IMG/VR virus record: IMGVR_UViG_3300041402_000314
Coordinates: 62,001-126,000 of that record
Strand: one strand, 5' to 3'
Length of the DNA: 64,000 bases
A model generated the notes under the pieces. The model ran no database searches, was not told the origin of the DNA, and saw nothing but the letters and a program-made list of their open reading frames with translations. A program made the translations under genes and the position numbers. Of the stretch, positions 1 to 10,294 are shown piece by piece. Position 1 is the first letter of the stretch. Every line of letters begins with the position of its first letter.

Positions 1-62
1 GGCTATAAAAGATATCGTTCTAATCGAGGTAAAAAGGCTAGTAAATAAGGAGAAAAAATATT

Positions 63-326
63 ATGGAAGATGCTAAAGTATGTGCAGTAAAAGAAGATAA
101 ACATAGAGATTTAGATAATGCTATTGGGTCTATGGATGATGTTATTCATCGAGCGTATAGTATACTTAGACGTATTCAAGATGCTAGTGATGGTGATAGT
201 GAAGGTACGGCTGAATGTAAAACACCTAGTCTTAAAGAAGTCTTGGATTTTGGAGCGGATAGAATACGAGAAAAAAATGGGGAACTCCATAAAATATTAG
301 ATGAGATAACAGATAACCTCTTTTAG
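63..326 (+). CDS. Hypothetical helical protein, tandem paralog 1
   Basis: AAGGAG RBS upstream; aligns by eye with the next ORF (H.xLxxAIxx.xx.xHR ... PSLxxVLxxGAxR). Confidence 0.75.
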   Translation: MEDAKVCAVKEDKHRDLDNAIGSMDDVIHRAYSILRRIQDASDGDSEGTAECKTPSLKEVLDFGADRIREKNGELHKILDEITDNLF

Positions 327-337
327 GAGAATATATT

Positions 338-598
338 ATGAATAAACCTGAAATTTTAGAGAATAAAGAAAATAAACATGTTGGCTTGAACGATGCTATT
401 GATAATGTTGAGAGCATATTACATAGAGTTGAACGATTATATGAAAAAATTATGGAAATTTTACCAGAAGATAAGCCTTGCTCCGAAAAATTAAAACCTT
501 CTCTTCATAATGTTCTTGAAGGCGGTGCTAAAAGACTTTATACTACAACGGATGAGATACATATGACGATCAATAAAATAGAAGATGTAATATTTTAA
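338..598 (+). CDS. Hypothetical helical protein, tandem paralog 2
   Basis: AGGAG RBS; paralog of 63..326. Confidence 0.75.
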   Translation: MNKPEILENKENKHVGLNDAIDNVESILHRVERLYEKIMEILPEDKPCSEKLKPSLHNVLEGGAKRLYTTTDEIHMTINKIEDVIF

Positions 599-617
599 AA
601 ATAAAAATTAAATAAGC

Positions 618-668
618 TTGACAAATCCTCCTAGAGTTGGTATAATACTATCAATTATAGGAGGATTT
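618..668 (+). promoter_or_regulatory. Sigma70-type promoter overlapping an RBS-sequestering hairpin
   Basis: TTGACA 618-623, 17-nt spacer, TATAAT 641-646; inverted repeat AAATCCTCCTAGAGTTGGTA / TATCAATTATAGGAGGATTT covers the sigma-gene RBS. Confidence 0.8.
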
Positions 669-676
669 TTTAATTT

Positions 677-1591
677 ATGGGAAGTTTTTATACTACTGAG
701 ATAAGTAAATATTCGCCTCTTTCGAGAGAAGAGGAGAAAGAAATAGCAATAAGATACAAAAAAGAAGGACATGATGTTGATGCCAATAAACTCATTACTA
801 GCAATCTTAGATATGTGGTAAGAGTAGCTAATAAACTTTCTGTACGTTATAGAGATGTTGATATATCGGAGTTGATTCAGGAAGGAAATATAGGTTTAAT
901 GAAAGCATTGGAAAAGTTCGAGCCTGAGAAAGGATTTAAACTCATTACATATGCTAATCAATGGATATTAACGTATATGAAAAGATTTATAGCTAAGAAT
1001 AATAATATTTGTTCCGCTACATTTGAGAATAACTATGAGCGGTTGTTTATGAAATCTCAAGGCAAAACAAAAGCTATTCACGATATTGATATTGGTACTT
1101 ATGAAGAGACGAATTTCAATGCTCTATATACTAATTGTACTGCTGAAGATAGATTAGCTGAAAAGAACTGGTTAAGATCAGTTCACGAAATAACAGATGA
1201 TGTCAATGAAAAATATAGTTTCGTTATTAAAAATCGATTGATAAGCGATGTTCCTTTGAAATTGGATGATATAGCGGAACATTTTAACATCAGTCGATCG
1301 GGCGCACATGATCTTGAGAAAAGAATAAAAGATAATCTGAAGAAGAGATTTATGGAGAGTCCAGACATAATGGAGTTTTTGGGTGAAGATACGATAAAAG
1401 TAAATGTTGAAATGGAAACGGTCAGAAGAAAGAAGAAAAAAATAGGCCATATTATTGACGAATTTGATTTTGACTTAGCAAAAGAACTACTCAAGAAAGA
1501 AACTTATAAAACGGTAGCTGAAAAAATGGGTATATCTAGGGGTTATCTACACACAATCATAAATCGTAAAGGTAAGGGAGCTGTGAAATGA
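677..1591 (+). CDS. Sigma-70 family sigma factor (RpoH/RpoD-like) with an extra C-terminal HTH
   Basis: Region 2 motifs LITSNLRYVV, ELIQEGNIGLMKALEKFEPEKGFKLITYAxxWI; region 4 LDDIAEHFNISR; second HTH YKTVAEKMGISRGYL. Confidence 0.9.
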   Translation: MGSFYTTEISKYSPLSREEEKEIAIRYKKEGHDVDANKLITSNLRYVVRVANKLSVRYRDVDISELIQEGNIGLMKALEKFEPEKGFKLITYANQWILTYMKRFIAKNNNICSATFENNYERLFMKSQGKTKAIHDIDIGTYEETNFNALYTNCTAEDRLAEKNWLRSVHEITDDVNEKYSFVIKNRLISDVPLKLDDIAEHFNISRSGAHDLEKRIKDNLKKRFMESPDIMEFLGEDTIKVNVEMETVRRKKKKIGHIIDEFDFDLAKELLKKETYKTVAEKMGISRGYLHTIINRKGKGAVK

Positions 1592-2414
1592 AGAATGATG
1601 AGTGGACAACAGAATTTCCTAAAGAAAAAGGGGAATATTGGTTTTATGGGTATAGATATGGTAAGATTAGTGTAGGTAGAGAATGTGAACCTGAATTAAT
1701 GTTTGTTGAAGTTATAAAATCCTCTAATGGGTTTCTTTATAATGCTGCTGGACAAATGATGTGGGAGAGTGAAGTCGAGGAGCCTCATTTTAAAAAGGCT
1801 GATCTGCCCGAACTACCAGAAATGGAGAAATAAGATGAGATGTTATTGTGATACTTTACCAAAAGGTGAAATTTGTTGGAAATGTATAGATAATATAATC
1901 ACCTCGGATGACGTTGATACGGAGTTAGACTTGATTAGAAAAGACTTGGTTCATCAATTGAACATACCTGATGAACTTGATTGGGATTATTTTTTAGAGA
2001 CAGCGATCAAAGCAAAAAGAGCTGCTGATGATGAGGGCAGAAACATGGTAAATAAATAACACATTTTTATGTTGACAATCACATTTTATTGTGATAGTCT
2101 GTAAAAATAATGATTTAAAGGAGAGTTGAGAATGAAAGATAGTAGAGATCAAACGGTTCATTTTGATGAAAATGGAAATGAATATTGTTTAGATGAGAGT
2201 GGTGTAAAAATACCGCCTTTACAGACTACAAAAAAGTTATCAAATTCATCTGGGTTTACTTCTTATGATACCTCTACTGGTCATTGTGGTCTATGTGGTA
2301 GTTTAACATGCAATGGCTCATGTTTTAAATAATGATTTAAAAAGGAGAGTTTAGGCACTCTTGGGGGCGGAAATTTCCAAATGTATAAATAATTAAAAAC
2401 ATTTGGAGAGAGTA

Positions 2415-3290
2415 ATGGAACATGAATGTCTAATCTGCTATAAAAAATTCACTACTAAAAAAAGTTTATCTGGTCATGTTAGAAATCACGATATGACTAT
2501 ATCTGAATATAAAGAAAAATTTGGATTATATAAACGATGTAAAAAATGCAATAAGAAAGTTTCGAAGAAATGTACGGGAGAATATTGCAATCGTTGTCGA
2601 GATAGAACAGGCATAAACAATTCTTTTTTCGGTAAAAAACATTCTACACAAACTATCGAAGTCATAAAAGAGAAAGTAAGTCTCGCCTCTAAAAAATTAT
2701 GGGAAGATGAGGAATATAGAAAAAAAGTAATAAAGGGTGTTTCTAAACCTAGAAGAAAGGGATTTGCTGAAGAACAGAGCAAACGTGTTACCAAATGGTA
2801 CGAGGAGAATCCTTCTCAGCGAGATTTGAGAAGCGAAATAATGAAACAAAGCTGGAAAGATGGTAAGATTACCAGTAATAATTTTTCTTGTAATTCGAGT
2901 AAAATAGAAAATGATTTTTTTAATGAAATAGAGAAAATTTACCCTAATATTAGGAAAAAAGTAACACTTCGAGATTCCAACAACAGAGTAATATATCCTG
3001 ACATATTAGTAGATGATCATCTTATAATTGAATTCTTTGGAGATTTTTGGCACGCAAATCCGAAATTTTACAGTCCTGATGATATTATCATCAAAAACAT
3101 AACAGCTAAAGAGATTTGGGAACATGATAAAGAAAGAATAGATAGGCTATCTCATGTTATACAAGAAGACAGTGATTTTGCTACTGAATATAGAGTAGAG
3201 ATAGTTTGGGAAGATGATTATAAAAATGATAAGGATAATGTTCTAAAATATTTTGATATGATATTGAATTGGGAGAGTTGTACGTTTTAA
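2415..3290 (+). CDS. Putative homing endonuclease (C2H2 finger + NUMOD3-like + C-terminal PD-(D/E)xK/Vsr-like nuclease)
   Basis: CLICYK...HVRNH; NSFFGKKHS; YPDILVD..IIEFFGDFWHANP; IVWE; late promoter TATAAATA at 2384. Confidence 0.8.
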   Translation: MEHECLICYKKFTTKKSLSGHVRNHDMTISEYKEKFGLYKRCKKCNKKVSKKCTGEYCNRCRDRTGINNSFFGKKHSTQTIEVIKEKVSLASKKLWEDEEYRKKVIKGVSKPRRKGFAEEQSKRVTKWYEENPSQRDLRSEIMKQSWKDGKITSNNFSCNSSKIENDFFNEIEKIYPNIRKKVTLRDSNNRVIYPDILVDDHLIIEFFGDFWHANPKFYSPDDIIIKNITAKEIWEHDKERIDRLSHVIQEDSDFATEYRVEIVWEDDYKNDKDNVLKYFDMILNWESCTF

Positions 3291-3299
3291 ATTATTTAC

Positions 3300-3328
3300 T
3301 TGACATTTAAAAATTAACTTGATATGAT
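3300..3328 (+). promoter_or_regulatory. Sigma70-type promoter for rtcB
   Basis: TTGACA-N17-TATGAT. Confidence 0.7.
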
Positions 3329-3356
3329 TACCACCATAAACCAAAGGAGAAATAAA

Positions 3357-4499
3357 GTGAAAAATTATAAGTTGTTTATACCTGAAGAAAATATAGACCC
3401 GAAGGCATTACATCAGTTTCATGAGGCTATGGAGCAAGAGTGTATAGTTCAAGGAGCATTAATGCCAGATGTTCATGCTGGTTACTCTCTTCCTATTGGT
3501 GGAGTTGTAGCTTCTAAAGGCTTTATATTTCCTTGTTTTGTGGGATATGATATTGGTTGTGGAGTTGCTGGTGTCAAATTACCTATTAAGAAGGGCGATG
3601 TTGAAGCTCTCGGACAAGCGATATACGATGAGATACTTGATACAATCCCAATTGGATTTAAGCATAATGAGAAATGGTCTAAATGGGACTATTCTAATAT
3701 TCCAATAACTGAAGTTATGACTAATATTTTCCATGAGAAAGGAGGTTTGAAGCAACTTTGTTCTATGGGCGGAAATAACCATTTCATCGAACTAGGATAT
3801 GATGAAAATGATGATGTGTGGGCTACTACTCATACTGGAAGTCGTGGTGTTGGTCATGCTCTCGCTACTCATTACATGAGAATAGCTGGTGGTGGTAAAG
3901 CTAGAGAAGGTTGTTTTTCATTGGATGTCGAGTCTCAGGATGGTAAGGACTATATTACAGACTTGAATTTCTGTCTGGAATTTGCTTTGGAGAATAGAAA
4001 GCAGATAATTCAGAGAGTAATAAATGCTGTTGAAAAGGTACTTTCTACTAAGTTTAAGCCCTTCAATTTGAACGATGAGAAGGTGTTTATAAACAGAAAC
4101 CATAACCATGCGGAACTCAAGGATGGTCTATGGATTCATAGAAAGGGTGCTACCCATGCTGAAAAGGGAATGAGAGGTATCATTCCGGGTAATAGAAGAG
4201 ACGGTCTATTTGTAGTTGAAGGACTCGGTAATCCTGATAGCCTATATTCTAGCTCTCATGGAGCTGGTAGAATCAAAGGCAGAAAACAGGCTAGACAGGA
4301 CTTGAATCTCGATGATTATATTTCAACTATGAAAGGTATTGTAGGTGAGGTATCGGATGCTACCCTAGAGGAAGCTCCTGAAGCGTATAAGAATATCTTT
4401 GAGGTCATGGAGATGCAGAAGGAATTAGTAACAGTGAAGCATCATGTGAAGCCTCTCATTAACGTGAAAGCTTGTAAACCTATAAAGAATAAGAAATAA
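3357..4499 (+). CDS. rtcB: RtcB-family RNA ligase
   Basis: MPDVHAGY..PIG, VGYDIGCG, GGNNHFIE, HTGSRG, HNHA, HRKGAT, SHGAGR, EAPEAYK; GTG start after AAGGAG. Confidence 0.95.
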   Translation: MKNYKLFIPEENIDPKALHQFHEAMEQECIVQGALMPDVHAGYSLPIGGVVASKGFIFPCFVGYDIGCGVAGVKLPIKKGDVEALGQAIYDEILDTIPIGFKHNEKWSKWDYSNIPITEVMTNIFHEKGGLKQLCSMGGNNHFIELGYDENDDVWATTHTGSRGVGHALATHYMRIAGGGKAREGCFSLDVESQDGKDYITDLNFCLEFALENRKQIIQRVINAVEKVLSTKFKPFNLNDEKVFINRNHNHAELKDGLWIHRKGATHAEKGMRGIIPGNRRDGLFVVEGLGNPDSLYSSSHGAGRIKGRKQARQDLNLDDYISTMKGIVGEVSDATLEEAPEAYKNIFEVMEMQKELVTVKHHVKPLINVKACKPIKNKK

Positions 4500-4527
4500 G
4501 AGACTAATTTTAAAGAACAATCTATCG

Positions 4528-4556
4528 AAAGGGTGGTCTTCGGACTGCCCTTTTTT
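4528..4556 (+). terminator. Intrinsic terminator
   Basis: AAAGGGTGGTC-TTCG-GACTGCCC followed by a T run. Confidence 0.85.
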
Positions 4557-4622
4557 AGTTGGCGATTTGACAAATGACCTCCGTTTATAGTATAATGTGT
4601 AGATAAAATTTTGGAGGTATAA

Positions 4623-5030
4623 ATGTATAAAGTAACGCAATATTTATATAGAAAACAGTTTCATGATCGAATGTCTATCGGTAAAATGGTATCGTCAATT
4701 GGTATTATAGTAGGATTTATATCACAGCATTATAACACAACTATTTTACTGGTTGTGGTGTTAGGATTATTGGTCGATTTACTATTGAATAGGAGTGTAG
4801 ATTGGGATGGATACCCTGAAGATACCACATGTCCTATCTGTAGGGATGGTGAGTTGAATGAAAATAGAGACAAAAAAATGTTCCATTATAAAGGACATGA
4901 ATTGAGACTTCCTGATTATGAAAGATTGATGTGTGATAATTGTGGCGGTGGCCTGATGAAAATAGAGTATCAGGAAGAGGTAAATGAGAAGATAGAAGAA
5001 TTTAAACAGAAAGTTGATGATGGAGAATAG
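4623..5030 (+). CDS. Membrane-anchored YgiT/MqsA-type zinc-finger protein
   Basis: Hydrophobic N-terminal segments, then CPIC-x-G...YKGH.L.L....CDNCG. Confidence 0.65.
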   Translation: MYKVTQYLYRKQFHDRMSIGKMVSSIGIIVGFISQHYNTTILLVVVLGLLVDLLLNRSVDWDGYPEDTTCPICRDGELNENRDKKMFHYKGHELRLPDYERLMCDNCGGGLMKIEYQEEVNEKIEEFKQKVDDGE

Positions 5031-5035
5031 CGTAT

Positions 5036-6568
5036 ATGATAAATGAAACAACACCTAACCATGAAGAAGTCAAAGAACTTACCGAAGAACTTATTATATC
5101 CCAGATTATCAGAAATGCCTTATATAGGGATAACGTACTTACCGAATTAAAACCTAGCTACTTTGAAGATGTTGAAAACGCTGAATTATTTAAGGTCATG
5201 CAATCACTGGTCTTAAAGGATAAAATTCAGAAAATAGATAAGAAAACCCTTAGATTCAAGTATAACAATACTGAGAAATTAGATGCCATTTTTGCAGAAG
5301 AAGAATATCCTGTTACTAACATAGATTTTCTTATGAGACAGACAGAGGTATGGGGTAAAGAAAATGCGATGGTAGAGGCCGTCATGGAATCTGCTGATAT
5401 AATAGAAGAGAAAAAAGATACTGGTTGTATAGGAAAATTGATCGAGGATGCGATGTCATTTTCGTTTGATCGGAATCTAGGACTCGACTATATAAATGAT
5501 TTACAGAGAAGAATAGATTTCTATACTCAACCTAATAATAAACTGAGTACATGCTTCTTTCAGTTGGATGAACACACGAATGGCGGTCTGCCTAAAAAGA
5601 CCCTTACTATAACCGCTGGTTCGAGTGGTCTGGGTAAAACCCTTTTCGGAACCAATTTAGCTTCTAACTTCATGAAACAGGGCTTCAATGGAGTCTATGT
5701 TACCCTAGAATTGGCTGAAGAGCTTATAGGTAGACGTGTAGACAGTATAACAACTGGAATGGATTATGGCGGACTCTCCAAGGAAAAAAATACTGATAAA
5801 TTAGTCACTAAACTTAAAAAGGCATTTGCGACAGGTCTTGGTCGGTTATTCATTAAAGAATATCCACCATCTAAAGCATGTTGTTTGAATCTGAAGACTT
5901 ATCTTAAGGAATTGGAGCTTATAGAGAAAATAAAACCAGATTTTCTCATCGTAGACTATATCCAGCTCATGAAACCTAATAATGAAAGAAGTGGGCAAAA
6001 TTCTTATGATAAGTATAAAGAGATTGCAGAAGAGCTAAGAGAATTAGCTATGGAACTCGATATACCAGTCATCACATTTTCTCAGGTTAGAAGAGACGGT
6101 TATAACACTTCTTCTGCTGAAATGACTCAAATATCAGATTCTATGGGTATAGTTAATACCGCCGATCTAGTTGTTATCATGTCTCATTATGAGCCTGAAG
6201 AAAAGACTGCGGATTGTAAACCTCAGTTGTGGAAGATAGTTAAAAATAGATTGGGTATGGTCGGTAATTATTTCGTAATGTTATTGAATACTGTTACACT
6301 GAAAATTACGGATGACCCAGATGAAACCGAAAAAGTTTTGAAGGCTGCTGGCGAAGTCATGACTGCTACTAACAAAGAAGCTAATGAGGAAGAGAGTGAA
6401 ACAGAGAACGTTGAAAAAGTCTTAGATACCGAAGCATATTCAGAAGAAGATATAGATAACTTAGAAAAGGAAAGTGCAAAGGAAGAAAAGAAAATTAAAG
6501 ACGAAATAGTAGGTGCGGTTAAAAAGAAGAAACGTGGTATAGACAATAATGACACAGGGAGTAAATGA
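5036..6568 (+). CDS. T4 gp41-like replicative DNA helicase (DnaB family)
   Basis: Walker A AGSSGLGKT, YVTLEL, IKEYP, IVDYIQLM, IAEELRELA, SQVRR, SDS, KNR. Confidence 0.95.
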   Translation: MINETTPNHEEVKELTEELIISQIIRNALYRDNVLTELKPSYFEDVENAELFKVMQSLVLKDKIQKIDKKTLRFKYNNTEKLDAIFAEEEYPVTNIDFLMRQTEVWGKENAMVEAVMESADIIEEKKDTGCIGKLIEDAMSFSFDRNLGLDYINDLQRRIDFYTQPNNKLSTCFFQLDEHTNGGLPKKTLTITAGSSGLGKTLFGTNLASNFMKQGFNGVYVTLELAEELIGRRVDSITTGMDYGGLSKEKNTDKLVTKLKKAFATGLGRLFIKEYPPSKACCLNLKTYLKELELIEKIKPDFLIVDYIQLMKPNNERSGQNSYDKYKEIAEELRELAMELDIPVITFSQVRRDGYNTSSAEMTQISDSMGIVNTADLVVIMSHYEPEEKTADCKPQLWKIVKNRLGMVGNYFVMLLNTVTLKITDDPDETEKVLKAAGEVMTATNKEANEEESETENVEKVLDTEAYSEEDIDNLEKESAKEEKKIKDEIVGAVKKKKRGIDNNDTGSK

Positions 6569-6569
6569 T

Positions 6570-6920
6570 ATGTTATGTATGGCAATTAATAGAACTACAC
6601 AAGAAATTTATATGGGTAAGACGGATGATGATACTTATGATGACGTGATAATGACTGATGTTTTTTATGTTAATTTTGTAGAAGTAGAGAGGAAGGGAAA
6701 TTTTGTACCAGTTCCTACCGATTTTATGCCTCCAGCGGAAAGTCTGTTAACTAAAACGGCATTGGATAAGTGGATGGATAACCTAGTCTTTTCGAGAAAG
6801 GACTACTGGTTGTTTTCGGAGAATGAAATTAAAGCTGAAATGATAAATTGGTATGCTCGTGCTATGGCTCAAAAATCTGGTATTGCAATCGTTGGAGCCG
6901 ACAGTAAAATAATACATTAA
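6570..6920 (+). CDS. Hypothetical protein downstream of the helicase
   Basis: GGGAG RBS; ORF immediately follows the helicase. Confidence 0.6.
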   Translation: MLCMAINRTTQEIYMGKTDDDTYDDVIMTDVFYVNFVEVERKGNFVPVPTDFMPPAESLLTKTALDKWMDNLVFSRKDYWLFSENEIKAEMINWYARAMAQKSGIAIVGADSKIIH

Positions 6921-7280
6921 GGAGCGAATTCGTGACTGGAAAGAAATTAATCGAAAGATATAAAAGTTTAGTTAAAGGATTCGAAGCAGATGATGATTCT
7001 ACAGACATATTAGAGGAGATGATCGACAATGCTTTTGAGGAAATAAGGAATGAATTCGTATCTGATGTTGTTCGAGTAGGTATAGAGGAGAAATGGCTTG
7101 TAAAAGCGTTAGATCATCTACATGATGTCCAATGTCCTAAAGTACAATATACTGGAATGCAAGAAGGAATGGCGGATGAAGCCATATCAAACATGAAGCT
7201 TTCTGTTTATGCTGCAATAGAAGCTTTAGAGAAGGGTAACAAACACTATTTTAAGCCTTTAGAAATGATCGTTAATTAAC

Positions 7281-7309
7281 TTGACAAACACCTTATACTT
7301 TGATACCAT
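7281..7309 (+). promoter_or_regulatory. Sigma70-type promoter for cca
   Basis: TTGACA-N17-TACCAT. Confidence 0.65.
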
Positions 7310-7331
7310 GTGTCTATAAGGAGAGAAAGAG

Positions 7332-8651
7332 ATGGAAAGAGTAAAGAAAATATGTGAAGAAGTTAAGAGAGCTGGCGGAAGAGCTTTTCTGGTTGGTGGA
7401 ATAGTTCGGGATAAATTCCTCGGTCTGGAATCCAAGGATATCGATCTTGAAGTTTTTGGTATAGAGCCTGAAGCACTTAAGACTATAATAGAGAAGTTCG
7501 GTAAGGTTAAAGAATGCGGAAAATCTTTTGGTGTTCTTAAGCTGGATGATCTCGATATATCACTACCTAGAAGAGAGAGAAAGACTGGTGTAGGTCATAA
7601 AGGATTCGAGACAGAATGCGACCCTCATATGAGCATAGAGGAAGCATGTAGTCGAAGAGATTTGACTATAAATGCTATGCTTTTTGACCCTCTGACAGAT
7701 GAGCTACTAGACCCTTTTAATGGTCTTAATGATATAGAGGATAGAGTTTTGAGGCACGTAGATGATATACGGTTCGCTGAAGACCCTCTTAGAGTTCTCA
7801 GGGTAGCTCAGTTTCATGCCAGATTCGATTTTAGAGTACATGACGATACTAATGAGCTTTGCCGTGTTCTTCTCGATGAGCTAAAACATCTTTCTAAGGA
7901 AAGGTTTTTCATAGAGTTCGAGAAGATGCTTATGAAAGCTAATATGCCGTCTAAAGCATTCGAATGGATGCTTGAGTTTGGTGTTCTCGATGAGCTGTTC
8001 CCAGAACTAGCGGTTCTCGAAACTATAGAGCAGGGCAGGAAATGGCATCCTGAAGGTAATGTATTTACACATACCATGCTTGCTCTTGATTCGGTTTCTA
8101 AAGAGGAAAGAACCATGACCTTGATGCTTGCTATACTTTGTCATGATCTTGGTAAGGCGGTCACTGGCGGAGTTCCTAAAGAAGATGACCCTGAGAGTAT
8201 AAGTTTTCATGGTCATGCTGAAGAGGGCGTTGCTGTTACCGATAAGTTTCTCAGGAAGCTAACTGATAACAATAAGCTGATAGAAGATGTCTGTACGCTC
8301 GTAGAATTCCATATGAGGCCACTTGAGTTGAAGGCTAACCCTAAGAAGAGGCTTGTAAGAAGACTGGCTCTCAAGGTCGATATACCGCTTCTAATGAAGC
8401 TGAATGAGGCTGATATGAGGGGTGGTCTTAGAACTCCAGAAGGTATAGATGAGATATTGGCTATATTCGAAGAGATAAAGAACGAAATACATCCTCTTGT
8501 AGAAGGTAGACATCTTATAGAATTGGGCTTGACACCTTCGCGTGAATTTGGTATAATATTGTCTGAGATATTCGAAGCACAATTGGATGGTGAATTCTCA
8601 ACTCTTGAAGATGGTCTGGAATTTACTAAAACTTTTATAGCGAAGAGATGA
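7332..8651 (+). CDS. cca: tRNA nucleotidyltransferase (CCA-adding/poly(A) polymerase family) with HD domain
   Basis: LVGGIVRD, KDIDLE, RRDLTINA, EDPLRVLR, HPEG.VFTH, CHDLGK, HGHAEEG. Confidence 0.92.
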   Translation: MERVKKICEEVKRAGGRAFLVGGIVRDKFLGLESKDIDLEVFGIEPEALKTIIEKFGKVKECGKSFGVLKLDDLDISLPRRERKTGVGHKGFETECDPHMSIEEACSRRDLTINAMLFDPLTDELLDPFNGLNDIEDRVLRHVDDIRFAEDPLRVLRVAQFHARFDFRVHDDTNELCRVLLDELKHLSKERFFIEFEKMLMKANMPSKAFEWMLEFGVLDELFPELAVLETIEQGRKWHPEGNVFTHTMLALDSVSKEERTMTLMLAILCHDLGKAVTGGVPKEDDPESISFHGHAEEGVAVTDKFLRKLTDNNKLIEDVCTLVEFHMRPLELKANPKKRLVRRLALKVDIPLLMKLNEADMRGGLRTPEGIDEILAIFEEIKNEIHPLVEGRHLIELGLTPSREFGIILSEIFEAQLDGEFSTLEDGLEFTKTFIAKR

Positions 8652-8877
8652 GAATGGCAGGGACAAGACAGTTTAAATTGAGATGTTCTAAATGCTTTAA
8701 TCGTGATTGGAGGCAATGCGATATGGCGGGAAGAACATGGGAGAATATTGAAATTATCCGAAGGACTGACGGAGGTGGGGCGATAGCAAAATGCAAAACC
8801 TGTGGGCATGAATATCGGACATATGCAAAAGCCGCGAGTATATACTAGCGACCCAACCAATTGATAAGGAGAAACAA

Positions 8878-9210
8878 ATGATTTTACCACAAAAACCTAA
8901 AGAATATGATTATCTTTTCATTAAAAATTTGATGAAAGTTACGGATAATAAAGAGCTTAAAGAGATATTGGACTTGGTGAGTAGAGAAGATCAAGACATA
9001 ACACTTCCCGAAAGAGAGAAAATAGAACTTTTCATGTTGAAGGTCAAGAATAAGATCGGGACTTGGAAAGATTCTGTCTATGGTCTATATCAAAATTATG
9101 ATATGGATGTCTATAATCTAATGGTAGCTTCTAAAATTATGCGTGAGAAACTAGGCGTAGACTATATACCTCGTAAAACAGACGATCTAACTCAATCGGG
9201 CATGTTCTAA
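8878..9210 (+). CDS. Hypothetical protein, possibly gp33-like by size and position
   Basis: About 110 aa, upstream of the gp59-like gene; no decisive motif. Confidence 0.3.
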   Translation: MILPQKPKEYDYLFIKNLMKVTDNKELKEILDLVSREDQDITLPEREKIELFMLKVKNKIGTWKDSVYGLYQNYDMDVYNLMVASKIMREKLGVDYIPRKTDDLTQSGMF

Positions 9211-9509
9211 TGGGTAGCTGTAAGAATAAAGACTGTGATAGTTGTGAAAATGATAGGGGTGATATATGCCCTATCTGTGGGTTCTGTTCACGATGTCATA
9301 CGGATTCTGGGATAGAAGGTAGTTGCGCCTCTTTTTTAGGTACTCAAAAAATGGAACATTTTAAATTTCCAATATCGGAACCAGTAGCTACCTATGAATG
9401 TAAGCAGTGCGGTGGATATAAGTTTATAGTAGGTAAAATGGATAGTTATGAGACCTCTATAAAATGTCCGAGATGTGGATTTGAAAGAATAGTCCATGAC
9501 GGTTAAATA

Positions 9510-10103
9510 ATGCAAAATTTGAGAAAGAAAGTACCCAATCCATTAAGAATATATAATCTGTTCAACCAGATATACTATAGATATTTTTCCGATATCAATA
9601 TCAGAAGCGGGAAGCAGATCAAGAGCATAACCACTAAGGAATATTTAACTTTCTTTGTCGAGAATCATTATAAGAAGTTAAAGTCAATCGATAATATTAA
9701 ACATTATATTCTTTGGGCGTTTAAAGAAAAAGGTAAGTTTCCCATTAATCATCTTCATATCTATATTGATGAATGGTTGAAACATGAGTCTGATGATATC
9801 ATATATTTTGCTGATGCTATATCAGCATATCTCAGGAACAATGATCTTACTATCAAGGAGTATTTAGCACCTGTACCTAGATATTATCCACATATCATAC
9901 AGCATTATATAGGCCAGAAGAATATTCCGTTTGAATTTATTCTATATACTAAGGTCATTGATAGGATACCTAAGAAACAATTGACTTTATTAAAGGTGTT
10001 GTTGGGTGATGAGTTCTATGAGCTGGATATGTATAGGGAACGAATGAAGAAGAGAAAAGGATATTTAAGTGCCGAAGTAGAAAGACTTAAGAAATTGATT
10101 TAG
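9510..10103 (+). CDS. Probable gp59-like helicase loader
   Basis: About 200 aa, basic and aromatic; YPHIIQHY...IPFEFI resembles the gp59 C-domain; lies among replication genes. Confidence 0.5.
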   Translation: MQNLRKKVPNPLRIYNLFNQIYYRYFSDINIRSGKQIKSITTKEYLTFFVENHYKKLKSIDNIKHYILWAFKEKGKFPINHLHIYIDEWLKHESDDIIYFADAISAYLRNNDLTIKEYLAPVPRYYPHIIQHYIGQKNIPFEFILYTKVIDRIPKKQLTLLKVLLGDEFYELDMYRERMKKRKGYLSAEVERLKKLI

Positions 10104-10165
10104 TTCTTGACTTTACGGATATGATATGTTAGAATGTTATCATAATCCAAATAAAGGAGACTGTC

Positions 10166-10294
10166 ATGAAGAAGATTGGTGCTATAGAAATTTGTGAAGG
10201 ACTTACGGTAAAGGAAGTGGTTGCTACGGCTGGTGGCGGAATGTTTATAGCCATAATGTTCTATGTAGGTATGGTAGGTGCTTTCGTATATTAA
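10166..10294 (+). CDS. Small membrane protein (42 aa, absent from the ORF track)
   Basis: TTGACT-N17-TAGAAT promoter and AAAGGAG RBS; MKKIGAIE...GMFIAIMFYVGMVGAFVY. Confidence 0.65.
   Translation: MKKIGAIEICEGLTVKEVVATAGGGMFIAIMFYVGMVGAFVY

Noticed and set aside
2107-2351. Duplicated AATAATGATTTAAA(AA)GGAGAGTT flanking ORF 2126 as a mobile-element target-site duplication
   Set aside because: No transposase or terminal repeats; more simply a reused RBS region left by gene loss next to the endonuclease.
5036-6568. Intein or intron in the helicase (also considered for ligase, rtcB and thyX)
   Set aside because: Motif spacing and lengths are normal; the extra helicase length is an acidic C-terminal tail.
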